Origin: Candidatus Campbellbacteria bacterium | GTDB lineage: Bacteria; Patescibacteriota; Minisyncoccia; Phycocordibacterales; UBA1006 | DNA: 40,917 nucleotides | Assembly (NCBI GenBank): GCA_002698305.1 | Contig: NZWR01000006.1 | Span: 1 to 40,917 of the forward strand | Reading direction: 5' to 3' | Shown here: piece after piece, positions 17,974 through 27,254 of the stretch | Numbering within the stretch: the stretch's first letter is position 1 | Layout: every line of letters begins with the position of its first letter | The notes under the pieces: model-generated | What the model saw: the letters and a program-made list of their open reading frames with translations, nothing else | The model's database searches: none | What the model was told of the DNA's origin: nothing | Translations under genes and position numbers: made by a program

Positions 17974-19416
17974 ATTTTTCCTCATCAATTATTTCACCAT
18001 CACCCAATTCTGGAGCATACCGATGAGGTATATCTCATTGAAGATAGTCTCTTTTTTGGTGACAAACATACTAATATTCATTTTCATAAACAAAAATTAG
18101 CCTTTCACCGAGCCAGCATGCAGGCCTATCAAGATCACTTGGTGGAAAAAGGCATCACGGTTCACTACATGGAATACCAACCAAACAAAACTATAAAAAA
18201 TATTACCAACATAGATAGGAGAAGAAACTATATCGTTGTTAATCCTACCGACTACCTCCTTGAAAAACGTCTGCGTGAATCATTTCCCAACATCACCTTC
18301 CTGAACTCTCCCCTCTTCATCAACTTGAAAGAAGACAACAAGAAGTACCTAGAGGACGGCAAACTATTCATGCACGACTTTTATAAATGGCAACGTAAAC
18401 GCCTGGACATACTTATGGACGATGATGAACCACATGGTGGTCGCTGGTCCTTTGATGATGAGAACCGCAAGAAAATTCCTAAAGATCACTACCCCGAAAT
18501 TCCAAATGATCCGCAGCAGCGAACAAACGATTACGTATCAGAGGCTATAGAATATGTAGAGAAAAATTTCCTTGATAATTATGGGTCAACTAAGGGATTT
18601 TCATATGCGGTTACCCGGACCCAAGCACTTACCGTTCTGCGAGATTTCTGCAGTGAACGACTTCACCTCTTTGGTGATTATGAAGACGCCATCGTAAAAG
18701 ACCGATCCCAGCTCTATCATAGTATGCTCTCGCCATATATAAATGTTGGATTATTGAGCCCTAGGGAGGTCGTAGATTATATTCTCGATTACTCGAAAGA
18801 AAACGACATTGATATAAACAATACCGAAGGAATTATTAGACAAATTATTGGCTGGCGTGAATTTATTCGTATGGTTTACGAAGAACACGGTACCCAGCTC
18901 CGCACCGAGAACCAGTGGAATTTCAGACGGCAACTCTCCGAGAAATGGTATACCGGAACTACCACTATTAACCCTGTAGACAGAACCATCGACAAAGTCA
19001 TTAATAATGCGTACGCACACCATATTGAACGATTAATGGTAATGGGTAATTTTATGTTTCTCTGCAAAATACATCCAACACAGGTATATCAATGGTTCAT
19101 GGAACTCTTTATTGATGCATATGATTGGGTAATGGTTCCTAATGTTTATGGAATGGTTATGCAAACCAACAAAGGGCTTATGACAACCAAACCTTATATT
19201 TCAGGTTCAAACTATGTTAAAAAAATGAGTGATTATGGTAATGGGGATTGGGCAGACATCTGGGACGCTTTATACTGGTCAATGGTTATTGAAAATCTCG
19301 ATGAACTCAAATCCAATAGGCGAATGCACTTTGTTGTCAGTCATGCAGAAAAGTTTAACCAAGAAGAAAAAAATGCCTATCTCACAAAGCGGGAAGAATT
19401 TTATCGCTCACTCTAA
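17956..19416 (+). CDS. Cryptochrome/photolyase-family protein, FeS-BCP / (6-4) photolyase-related (COG3046-like)
   Basis: N-terminal LIFPHQLF...FHKQKLAF, plus HHIERLMVMGNF, IDAYDWVMVPNVYGM and KPYISGSNYVKKMSDY. The whole protein has only 2 Cys. Confidence 0.75.
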   Translation: MKPIGLIFPHQLFHHHPILEHTDEVYLIEDSLFFGDKHTNIHFHKQKLAFHRASMQAYQDHLVEKGITVHYMEYQPNKTIKNITNIDRRRNYIVVNPTDYLLEKRLRESFPNITFLNSPLFINLKEDNKKYLEDGKLFMHDFYKWQRKRLDILMDDDEPHGGRWSFDDENRKKIPKDHYPEIPNDPQQRTNDYVSEAIEYVEKNFLDNYGSTKGFSYAVTRTQALTVLRDFCSERLHLFGDYEDAIVKDRSQLYHSMLSPYINVGLLSPREVVDYILDYSKENDIDINNTEGIIRQIIGWREFIRMVYEEHGTQLRTENQWNFRRQLSEKWYTGTTTINPVDRTIDKVINNAYAHHIERLMVMGNFMFLCKIHPTQVYQWFMELFIDAYDWVMVPNVYGMVMQTNKGLMTTKPYISGSNYVKKMSDYGNGDWADIWDALYWSMVIENLDELKSNRRMHFVVSHAEKFNQEEKNAYLTKREEFYRSL

Positions 19417-19546
19417 AGAATCAAAAATATGTCTAAGCTGTAATCGATTATTCTACAATCGCAAATGCTGGAAATCTCGAGATACTTGGACTAACGTTAA
19501 ATATTGTAGCGAACGTTGCAGGCAAAATAAAAAACCTAATTCATAG
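19373..19546 (+). CDS. DUF2256-like zinc-ribbon protein (57 aa)
   Basis: CLSCNRLFYNRKCW...VKYCSERCR matches the DUF2256 pattern. Overlaps the upstream gene by 44 nt in another frame. The longer track ORF from 19229 is unlikely. Confidence 0.55.
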   Translation: MPISQSGKNFIAHSKESKICLSCNRLFYNRKCWKSRDTWTNVKYCSERCRQNKKPNS

Positions 19547-19551
19547 GTTTT
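19529..19551. terminator. Bidirectional hairpin between convergent genes
   Basis: AAAAACCTA-ATTCA-TAGGTTTTT. Confidence 0.6.
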
Positions 19552-20877
19552 TTATTTTTCAAAATTATCAATGGCTGTTTTATATGTCTCAATCGCCCTT
19601 TCTCGTGCCTCTTTGTGATCAACCATCTCAGATACGTAACCAACACCAAAATATTCTGGTACCCATGTTCGTACATACTCACCTTGTGGATCAAATTTTT
19701 CAAATTGCGTGTGTGGGTTAAAAACGCGGAAATACGGTTGCGCATCAACACCAGAGCCAGCCGCCCATTGCCAGTTCCCAACGTTTGAAGCCATCTCATA
19801 ATCAAACAGCTTTTCAGCGAAATACTTTTCGCCCCACCGCCAATCTATCAAGAGGTGTTTTGTTAGAAAACTAGCGACAATCATGCGAACACGATTGTGC
19901 ATGTACCCTGTTTCGTTGAGTTCTCGCATACCTGCATCAACAATAGGAAACCCGGTCTTCCCTTCCTTCCATTTTTCAAATTCATCCTCATTATTGCGCC
20001 ACGGTACTGCGTCATATTTTTCCCTGAAAGCCTGGGTAGCAGTATGAGGATAGTGCCATAGAATTTGCATAAAAAATTCACGCCAAATAAGTTCATTCAT
20101 AAACGTGTAACCTGGACCTTCATAGGCTTGTTTCATAATTTTTCTAATGCTCACCAAGCCAAAACGCAGATAGGTACTTAATTTCGACGTAGCATCACGA
20201 TCTGGAAAATCTCTATTTTCTGCATATTCGTCAATAAGGTGATCAGTTAAGGTGTAGTCAGGAGCTTTGAGACTTGATCGCTCAAACCCCATATCTCTCA
20301 GCGTAAGCTGAGGAAGCCTCGTATTCTGATAAAAATTATGACCATAACGACCAACATCGTAGGTCTGTAAATCACGATCGGGGTCAAAAATTTGCCTCCA
20401 TTTGTTTTTATATGGTGTGTAGACAACATATGGATCACCATCGTCTTTGACAACTTCGTTTTTTTCAAAAATAACTTGATCCTTGAAGGTGCTGAATGCA
20501 ATATCATGCATGCTAAGAAGTTGTGTAATAGATTCATCACGTTTTTTTGCATACGGCTCGTAATCACGGTTAGCGTAGACCGCTTCAACGTCGTAGTCCT
20601 CTATAAGCTCTTCCCAAACCTCCTTAGGCGAACCGTGGCGAAGATCTATTGAGCTGTCGTACTTTTCCTGAAGCTGGTTCCGCATCTCTTGGAGAGTGTC
20701 AAAAATAAATGTAACCCTGTGGTCATCTTTTGGTAATGTATCTAAAATCTTAGTGTCAAAAATAAAAACCGGTACGACTTTTCTTCCAGATTGTAAAGCC
20801 TTATATAAACCATAATTATCACCTAAACGTAAATCACGTCTCAACCAAAATAAAACAACTTTTTCATCTGAACTCAT
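19552..20877 (-). CDS. Deoxyribodipyrimidine photolyase / cryptochrome-DASH family protein
   Basis: LFWLRRDLRLGDN at the N-terminus and the FAD-binding region WQWAAGSGVDAQPYFRVFNP. Confidence 0.85.
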   Translation of the reverse strand: MSSDEKVVLFWLRRDLRLGDNYGLYKALQSGRKVVPVFIFDTKILDTLPKDDHRVTFIFDTLQEMRNQLQEKYDSSIDLRHGSPKEVWEELIEDYDVEAVYANRDYEPYAKKRDESITQLLSMHDIAFSTFKDQVIFEKNEVVKDDGDPYVVYTPYKNKWRQIFDPDRDLQTYDVGRYGHNFYQNTRLPQLTLRDMGFERSSLKAPDYTLTDHLIDEYAENRDFPDRDATSKLSTYLRFGLVSIRKIMKQAYEGPGYTFMNELIWREFFMQILWHYPHTATQAFREKYDAVPWRNNEDEFEKWKEGKTGFPIVDAGMRELNETGYMHNRVRMIVASFLTKHLLIDWRWGEKYFAEKLFDYEMASNVGNWQWAAGSGVDAQPYFRVFNPHTQFEKFDPQGEYVRTWVPEYFGVGYVSEMVDHKEARERAIETYKTAIDNFEK

Positions 20878-20914
20878 ACCCTAAGTATAACAAAAAGCCC
20901 AAAAAGGGCTTTTG

Positions 20915-21673
20915 CTAATAAATAGTAACTTCTGCTTCAGTAGATGATTCTACCGTTGTTGAATCATTATCCATTTCAGCTGATGTTTCTTGACTGGCCT
21001 CTGCTTCAGCAGAAGAGTCAGTGTCAGTTTCATTCATATCTGACTCTTCAGTACTTGTAGAGTCATCCCACATATCTTCAAATTCGACACTTGTAACTCC
21101 ATCAATATAAAGTGGATCATTCATGCTTGATTCATCTTCAGTTTCAGCTTCGTTAATCATTGCTTCAAACGAAGCTTCGATTGAAGTTTCAATATCATCA
21201 AAGGTTTCCTCGAATTCTTCTTCTAAAGTCTCAATATCAGCTTGAATTGATGCTGCAGCAGATGAACCTTCTGCTTCAACTCGAGATTTTACAGCGTTGA
21301 GTTTACGCCCCATTGATCTGAATTGGAAACGAGCATCAGCCATAACTTCTGCTGACTGGTTTTCAATAACGGTCTCAAGTTCATTTAAATCATTAATTGC
21401 GGCTGTTACACCTGCTTGAGTATTCAATGCGAGATTTGTCTTCACGCGCGTAAGTGTTGCCTCTATACGAGATTCAAGATTTTCAACTATTTCTTCCTGC
21501 TCATCCTGCTGCTCTTCTAGATTCTCCATTTGCTCTTCTTCTTGAATTTCTATTGCTGTCTCATTACTAATAGTGGCGTTGTATACGGCATATCCACCGA
21601 CACCAATCACTGCAATAATAAGAATTGCAGCAACTATTCCTAATCCTGATTGTTGTGTTTTATATGTGTTCAT
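20915..21673 (-). CDS. N-terminally anchored, highly acidic coiled-coil protein
   Basis: One TM segment (LGIVAAILIIAVIGVGGYAVY) followed by E/D/S/T-rich low-complexity sequence. Confidence 0.55.
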   Translation of the reverse strand: MNTYKTQQSGLGIVAAILIIAVIGVGGYAVYNATISNETAIEIQEEEQMENLEEQQDEQEEIVENLESRIEATLTRVKTNLALNTQAGVTAAINDLNELETVIENQSAEVMADARFQFRSMGRKLNAVKSRVEAEGSSAAASIQADIETLEEEFEETFDDIETSIEASFEAMINEAETEDESSMNDPLYIDGVTSVEFEDMWDDSTSTEESDMNETDTDSSAEAEASQETSAEMDNDSTTVESSTEAEVTIY

Positions 21674-21700
21674 AAGTTAGTATGTTAATGTATAATTTTC

Positions 21701-21922
21701 TTACTTATCGGGCTCTATCGCGTCGGCAAGGGTTTCTCGAGCTTTATCAATTGTATCTGAAACAGTATTCTTTGTCTCATTTATATTTTCTTTAATTGAG
21801 TCCTGTGTATTTTCAGCAGATTCCTCAATCTGGTCTTTCTTTTCCTCAGCAGCCATTTGTATGTGTTTTTTTGCTTGGTCGATATGTGATTGTGGATCGT
21901 TGTGATTGTCTGTATGATTCAT
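21701..21922 (-). CDS. Small hydrophilic LEA/YtxH-like protein (73 aa)
   Basis: Charged helical repeats with no TM segment. A promoter-like TATAAT lies upstream. Confidence 0.45.
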   Translation of the reverse strand: MNHTDNHNDPQSHIDQAKKHIQMAAEEKKDQIEESAENTQDSIKENINETKNTVSDTIDKARETLADAIEPDK

Positions 21923-22024
21923 AGTTTGGTTTATTTAAATCGAATAAATAACGCATTATAATAATGCAACTACCCCTATTATATAATAAAAGTACAATTA
22001 TTACAATTGTACTTTTATGACAAA

Positions 22025-22654
22025 TTATCTTTTTTCACGTCTTAATTTATCTTGGAGGAATTCAATATAATCTTCAAGTAAAGATATTTTCTTTTTATTG
22101 CTAAAATTTTTAGTAATCATTTCATAGGGATTCAATACCTCTCTGTCATTGGTGTAAATACCAAAGTGCAAGTGAGGACTTGTACCCTGTGCATTCCCTG
22201 TATCTCCTACAAAACCAATAATATCTCCTGCATCAAGTTCATCACCTACTTCGAGATCTTCAAAAACACCGTTCATATGAGCATAGTAGTAACTATGCCC
22301 TCCTGGATTAGCGGTCCATACTTGTATACCTCCAAGACCCTTATCTGCAATCTTTGTTACCACTGCCTCAGTCGGACTTGCAATAATGGCTCCTCTAGGT
22401 GCAAATATATCCACTCCTTCGTGAGTTCTTCCCCCTGATCGAGGGTCACCAAAGGTATCTTGTATGTCGTCGAGAGCTACTCCAAACATTATCGGATTGG
22501 CAATTTTTTCAACAGCATCGTCATCTAATTTTCTAATTTTCCTATACAGGCTCGAATCATTATGACGCGCTTCTGAATAATGAAAGCCTCCAAACATTAT
22601 TGTTGCTCCGGTAATAATAGCTAACACTATTGTCGTAAATTGTATTTTTTTCAT
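22025..22654 (-). CDS. M23-family metallopeptidase
   Basis: HEGVDI and GDTGNAQGTSPHLHF motifs with an N-terminal anchor. Confidence 0.85.
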   Translation of the reverse strand: MKKIQFTTIVLAIITGATIMFGGFHYSEARHNDSSLYRKIRKLDDDAVEKIANPIMFGVALDDIQDTFGDPRSGGRTHEGVDIFAPRGAIIASPTEAVVTKIADKGLGGIQVWTANPGGHSYYYAHMNGVFEDLEVGDELDAGDIIGFVGDTGNAQGTSPHLHFGIYTNDREVLNPYEMITKNFSNKKKISLLEDYIEFLQDKLRREKR

Positions 22655-22674
22655 GCTCGTTAGTATACCAAATA

Positions 22675-22992
22675 TTAAAATCTATACCTCTTAAACTCAA
22701 AATCATAGATATATCCTTTTTTATTAATTTCAATACCTTCTTTTTGATAGAGCAGAGCTCGTTCTATAGTAATTTTTTTATCTTTCCATACTTGCCCGTT
22801 ACTATATACAATGCGGTGAAATGGAATATTATTATTTCCACCATTATGGGCACGCAATAAAATTCCATTAACACTTCTTGCTGCTTGTCCACCTGAACCA
22901 CAAGCTCGTGCAAGGTCTCCATAGGTTGTGACCTTACCTGACGGTATTGATTGAGCTGCTTCTACTACGCGCTCACTGAACGTTAGTTTCAT
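22675..22992 (-). CDS. Alkyltransferase-like protein (MGMT DNA-binding domain, catalytic Cys replaced)
   Basis: GKVTTYGDLA...AARSVNG...IPFHRIV. The canonical PCHR motif reads PFHR here. Confidence 0.7.
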   Translation of the reverse strand: MKLTFSERVVEAAQSIPSGKVTTYGDLARACGSGGQAARSVNGILLRAHNGGNNNIPFHRIVYSNGQVWKDKKITIERALLYQKEGIEINKKGYIYDFEFKRYRF

Positions 22993-23018
22993 ATCCTCAT
23001 TATAGTGAAGTAAAAAAT

Positions 23019-23046
23019 AAAAACAGCTCGAAATTGAGCTGTTTTT
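23019..23046 (-). terminator. Hairpin terminator of the 23064..23342 ORF
   Basis: AAAAACAGCTC-GAAATT-GAGCTGTTTTT. Confidence 0.6.
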
Positions 23047-23063
23047 ATTTTTATATTATAAGT

Positions 23064-23342
23064 TTACTCAGCTGGGTTGCCGTCTACATCAACCTCTACT
23101 GACGCCTCGTATAATTCTTCTGCAGTTTGATCTCGAGCTTCTCGCGATGCTTCTTGAGCTTCATTTTCAAACTCTTCATATTCTTGACGCACCTCAATAG
23201 CAGCTTGACGTGCCTCTTCTTGAATAGCTTCTGTAAGATTTTGTCCTGTTCGATTAAATGCTACCCAGGCAAGAATAAGTGCAAGAATAGCAATAATTAA
23301 TGCAATAACTGCTGTTGTTGATTGATTTGATGTTTTATCCAT
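23064..23342 (-). CDS. Small anchored acidic protein (92 aa)
   Basis: One TM segment (AVIALIIAILALILAWVAF) followed by an E/Q/A-rich helix. Confidence 0.5.
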   Translation of the reverse strand: MDKTSNQSTTAVIALIIAILALILAWVAFNRTGQNLTEAIQEEARQAAIEVRQEYEEFENEAQEASREARDQTAEELYEASVEVDVDGNPAE

Positions 23343-23481
23343 AATTGTTTGTTATTAGTTAGTGGTAAATAAAGATAGTTATTAATAACTAGTTATTACT
23401 TTATCTTAAGTAATCTAATTCAATTATAGCATAATCTTATTTATTGTACAAGTATTCATTCTGTACAAATTTAATTATTTA

Positions 23482-25236
23482 TCAAGCCAAGTACTTATGA
23501 ATATCTTTTTTTGTTAGTCCAATTTTTTTACCTGGATTGAAAATATTCTTAGGATCCATTATTTTTTTAATTTCCTTAAATATATTCATCATATCTGCCC
23601 CAAACATTTGAGGTAAAAATGGTGTTCGTACAATTCCGTCATTATGCTCAGCGGTTATTGTTCCTTTATATTCAAGAGCTAAGGCGTATACTTTTTCTGA
23701 AATTTCAACAATATGGTCTTTATTTTGTTGTTTATTCATATCAGCCAATGGAATAATATGAAAATTACCATTTCCTAAATGACCTGCAATCGTATACATA
23801 AACTCATCTTTATACTCATCAAGAATTTCAACAAGTCGAGGAATATATTCTGGAAGATATTCTGGATTTACTGCAATATCATCAATAAAAGGAGCTGTTC
23901 GTGTTCCTGATCCAGCAGAACGAGACTTTATTGAATGTTCGGTAAGCAACTTGAAACTATCATGCCTAAAGTCCCAGTATTTCTGAGATTTTTTACCTTT
24001 TACCACAAAAGATTTAAGCTTTGGAATTTCTTTTTTCAAATCCTCAAACTCTGCAAGCACCTCTTGGTGAACTTTTTCAGCGTTATTATCTGCAGATTCA
24101 GCAAGAACGATAAACTTTGGGACGCCTCCGGTTATTGCCATCCAAAATTCTGGAAGAAAACGGATTGAATATTTAATTGCCTGGAAAAATCCTTTATCTT
24201 TTATAAAATCGCTAAAAAATTTTACCCCGATCTTAAAGGTATTGTCATCATACAGCTCAATAGTATCGAGATCATGTTTTTTTAGTACTTCAACTATTTT
24301 TGGCAATTGATGAATATCATTTACAAAAGAAACTATCATTTCTTCCTTGTCTTCATGCCTGGTAAGTTTATACGTTACTTCAGTAATAACACCCGTTGTC
24401 CCTTGGGCTCCGACAATGAGCTTGGTCATGTCAAAGACACCCTGCCCTTGCTCAAATGATTCGATCGAGTCAGCCTGGAGTACATCCCAGATAAGATATC
24501 CTGCTGAGTTTTTTGATGTTATGGGTTTTTTTGACTGTATTAAATCAAAATTTTTTTTAATCAACTCATATATCTCAGTTGCAATTTTTCCGAGGAAATT
24601 ATTTTCCGTCAGCAGTTGCTGTAATTCAAGATAATTCAAGGCCTGTAACTCATATTCATTTCCGTCGGCCAAAACAACTTTTACAGACTTAACGAAATCT
24701 TTGTTCTGTCCATATTTCAAAGATTTTTCACCTGCTCCATTGTTAGCAACCATGCCGCCGATAGCACATAATTTTCGGGATGCAGGAAATGTGGGCATCA
24801 ACATATTGTGTTTCATGGTTTTTTCCTCAAAAGGAATATACATTGATCCAGGTTGAACCGTACCATGGCCTGTAATCGGGTACGCAAAAGTACCACGCAC
24901 AGATTGTATACCAAAATCACCTGTTTCTATGTTAATGACATTGTTCATATACCTGGTAACATCGACAATAATTGAATGGTTTAATGAACCGCCCGACATC
25001 CCTGAACCTGCTGCTCGTGCAGTTATTGACAATGGTTGTTTTGACTGCTGGTTATATTCGTTTACAAACACAACAAGTCGTTTCAAGTCCTCAACATGCT
25101 TTGGGTACACAACCATATCTGGCATGATTTTGAAAAGACTCCAGTCAGTGCTATGGCTCGTTAGTTCAGCGCTGTCAGTGGTCACATCACCGTCGAGAAT
25201 AGGTGTTAGCTGTTCTTTAATATTGTTATAATTCAT
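23482..25236 (-). CDS. FAD-linked oxidase (GlcD / D-lactate dehydrogenase-like)
   Basis: FAD_binding_4-like ARAAGSGMSGGS and a C-terminal ITAEHNDG...NPGK pattern. Confidence 0.7.
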   Translation of the reverse strand: MNYNNIKEQLTPILDGDVTTDSAELTSHSTDWSLFKIMPDMVVYPKHVEDLKRLVVFVNEYNQQSKQPLSITARAAGSGMSGGSLNHSIIVDVTRYMNNVINIETGDFGIQSVRGTFAYPITGHGTVQPGSMYIPFEEKTMKHNMLMPTFPASRKLCAIGGMVANNGAGEKSLKYGQNKDFVKSVKVVLADGNEYELQALNYLELQQLLTENNFLGKIATEIYELIKKNFDLIQSKKPITSKNSAGYLIWDVLQADSIESFEQGQGVFDMTKLIVGAQGTTGVITEVTYKLTRHEDKEEMIVSFVNDIHQLPKIVEVLKKHDLDTIELYDDNTFKIGVKFFSDFIKDKGFFQAIKYSIRFLPEFWMAITGGVPKFIVLAESADNNAEKVHQEVLAEFEDLKKEIPKLKSFVVKGKKSQKYWDFRHDSFKLLTEHSIKSRSAGSGTRTAPFIDDIAVNPEYLPEYIPRLVEILDEYKDEFMYTIAGHLGNGNFHIIPLADMNKQQNKDHIVEISEKVYALALEYKGTITAEHNDGIVRTPFLPQMFGADMMNIFKEIKKIMDPKNIFNPGKKIGLTKKDIHKYLA

Positions 25237-25275
25237 GTCTACATTGTATCAACTTTTGAAGAAAAAATAATAAAC

Positions 25276-25306
25276 AAAAAAAAAGAAGCATATGCTTCTT
25301 TTTTTG
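25276..25306. terminator. Hairpin terminator
   Basis: A-run, GAAGCATATGCTTC palindrome, T-run. Confidence 0.6.
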
Positions 25307-25307
25307 T

Positions 25308-27254
25308 TTATGACCAATCATCAGAATCTGCTTGCCATGTTAGCATCTCAAGCAACCATGATAATTGCGTGGTAGCAACGCCAATCACCGTATCGGCTCC
25401 TCCATAATAAATAAATAATTTATCATCGCGAATAGATGCACCACACGGGAAAACAACCTTATTAATTTCACCAACAATTTCCCATTCTTCTTCTGGTTCT
25501 AAAATAAAATCAGTAGTTCTTCCAATAATGTTTCCAGGATTATCAAGCTCCATAAGCATCGCACCAACACGGTAAAATTTATCAGTAGATACAGCGTGAT
25601 ATAGAAGCAGCCACCCCTTCTCTGTTTTTATTGGGGGACCTGCGATACCTACCTTAAGACCATCCCACATTCCAGTTCGTGGGCCGATGAGTGGAATACA
25701 TTTATCAATGCGATGTTCACTAAAATCAAGCTCTTTAACCGTGTCAAAACAAATATGATGCGCAACCCGATGAAAAATTGCATATTCATCTTTAATTTTT
25801 TCAGCGAGCAGGCATGCATCTTTGTCATCAACAGTATCTGGTGTAACCAACTGAGGGACTGACCACGCAGCCCAGTTTCGTTTCTCAAAATCATCAAGTG
25901 AAATAGAAGAAAAGGCTACTTTTGGCACATCAATTCCGTTGTAAGCAGTGTAGAACATATATAAGGTGTTTCCGATCACTGTTGCCCGACCATCCTCACA
26001 ACCTGAATTTCCAGTAGGATGAGATTTTTTAAGTTCGAAATCCATTCGGGGAACGTATATTGGTTCGCTAAAACGTTCATCAATTGAATACCCATCAGTA
26101 GTTGTAGCCGCACCCATGTATGATGTGTTATCCTCCGACATTGCCCGATACACAATATAGGTGGTATTACCAATATCAACGGTCGTTGGGTTAAATACTA
26201 ATTTTGCTTCCCATTCATGGCCCGGAATTGGTTCGAGAATCGGATTGTTATTATATCGAACAACTAGTTCCTTGCGTTTTTGAACGTCCATACTATCTAA
26301 AAGATGCTCGAGGTTGACGGTTGCCATACAGCAGACGGAGTCTGCTCCACCATAATAAATATCTAGTCGATCATCATGAACAAGCGCACCTGATGGAAAA
26401 GTGATGTTTTTAATTTGACCTTCTTTTTCATAACTCTTTTCCGGAACAAGAATTGGACCAGTCGTCCGGCCGATAATATTTTTAGGATTATTGTGATCGA
26501 GTAATAATGCTTCGATGCCAAAAATTCGATGATCCTCATCAAAATAATTTTGAATATGTGAATACACTAAAAGCCATCCTTTGTCAGTCCATACTGGTGA
26601 GGCTCCAATCTCACAATGGTCGTCTTCTTTTTTACGTGGATCAAAAATATGATCGTCAATATTGGCATACCAATCATGCCAATACCCTTGATCCCACATC
26701 TGCTCTTCAGTATCAAATTGGATAAATGCAATCTTTGAGGGTGGATTATCAGGGTCAACGGTCAGCAGCGCAGTAAATTTTCCATTAATTTTTTCAGGAA
26801 ACAAAGTCATGGCCTTAGCGTTAAATGGTGTTACTAACTTTTTCTCTTCAATCGTTTTAAAATCTTTCGTTGTTGCAACCGCTACCTTAATACCGTCAGC
26901 AGAAAAAGGATAGGTCGACAGAGCTGTGTAGAAAATATAGTAGGTGTCACCTATTTTGGTCACCCGTGGATCCTCACAGCCATATCGTTCCCATTCGTGT
27001 TCAGGAAAAATAAATTGCTCATGGTGATTAAAATGTTCTTCATCTCGACTAAAGGTATATCCGATAGATGAGACACTAAAAGACGGTCCTTTTGCCATTA
27101 AATCAGGCTTTGTCATTGCCCGATATAAGGCATGAATAGTATGCGATTCTTCATCATGCCATGGTGACCAGTTGAAAGCAGCATAGGACATCCAATGCTT
27201 TTCTTCATTTGGTCTAATATATGGATTATGGTCTGATCGTTTTGTTATATACAT
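25308..27254 (-). CDS. Tandem GH130-family glycoside phosphorylase/hydrolase (two complete modules)
   Basis: Both halves carry the pattern NPIL..P..WE...FNP, CEDPR/CEDGR...YxFYTA, GWLLxY and IYYGGADxV. Confidence 0.75.
   Translation of the reverse strand: MYITKRSDHNPYIRPNEEKHWMSYAAFNWSPWHDEESHTIHALYRAMTKPDLMAKGPSFSVSSIGYTFSRDEEHFNHHEQFIFPEHEWERYGCEDPRVTKIGDTYYIFYTALSTYPFSADGIKVAVATTKDFKTIEEKKLVTPFNAKAMTLFPEKINGKFTALLTVDPDNPPSKIAFIQFDTEEQMWDQGYWHDWYANIDDHIFDPRKKEDDHCEIGASPVWTDKGWLLVYSHIQNYFDEDHRIFGIEALLLDHNNPKNIIGRTTGPILVPEKSYEKEGQIKNITFPSGALVHDDRLDIYYGGADSVCCMATVNLEHLLDSMDVQKRKELVVRYNNNPILEPIPGHEWEAKLVFNPTTVDIGNTTYIVYRAMSEDNTSYMGAATTTDGYSIDERFSEPIYVPRMDFELKKSHPTGNSGCEDGRATVIGNTLYMFYTAYNGIDVPKVAFSSISLDDFEKRNWAAWSVPQLVTPDTVDDKDACLLAEKIKDEYAIFHRVAHHICFDTVKELDFSEHRIDKCIPLIGPRTGMWDGLKVGIAGPPIKTEKGWLLLYHAVSTDKFYRVGAMLMELDNPGNIIGRTTDFILEPEEEWEIVGEINKVVFPCGASIRDDKLFIYYGGADTVIGVATTQLSWLLEMLTWQADSDDWS

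Noticed and set aside
19229-19805. The long form of the 19229-19546 ORF (105 aa) and the minus-strand ORF 19536-19805
   Set aside because: Only the last 57 codons of the former show the DUF2256 pattern; the rest overlaps the photolyase-like gene out of frame. The latter lies within the photolyase gene on the same strand in another frame.
23343-23481. Palindromes in the intergenic region: AGTTATTAATAACT, AAGATA...TATCTT and TTGTACA-N11-TGTACAA
   Set aside because: They are short A/T-only dyads in an AT-rich spacer. The last one is adequately explained as a weak terminator of the FAD oxidase gene. That is not enough to call an operator.
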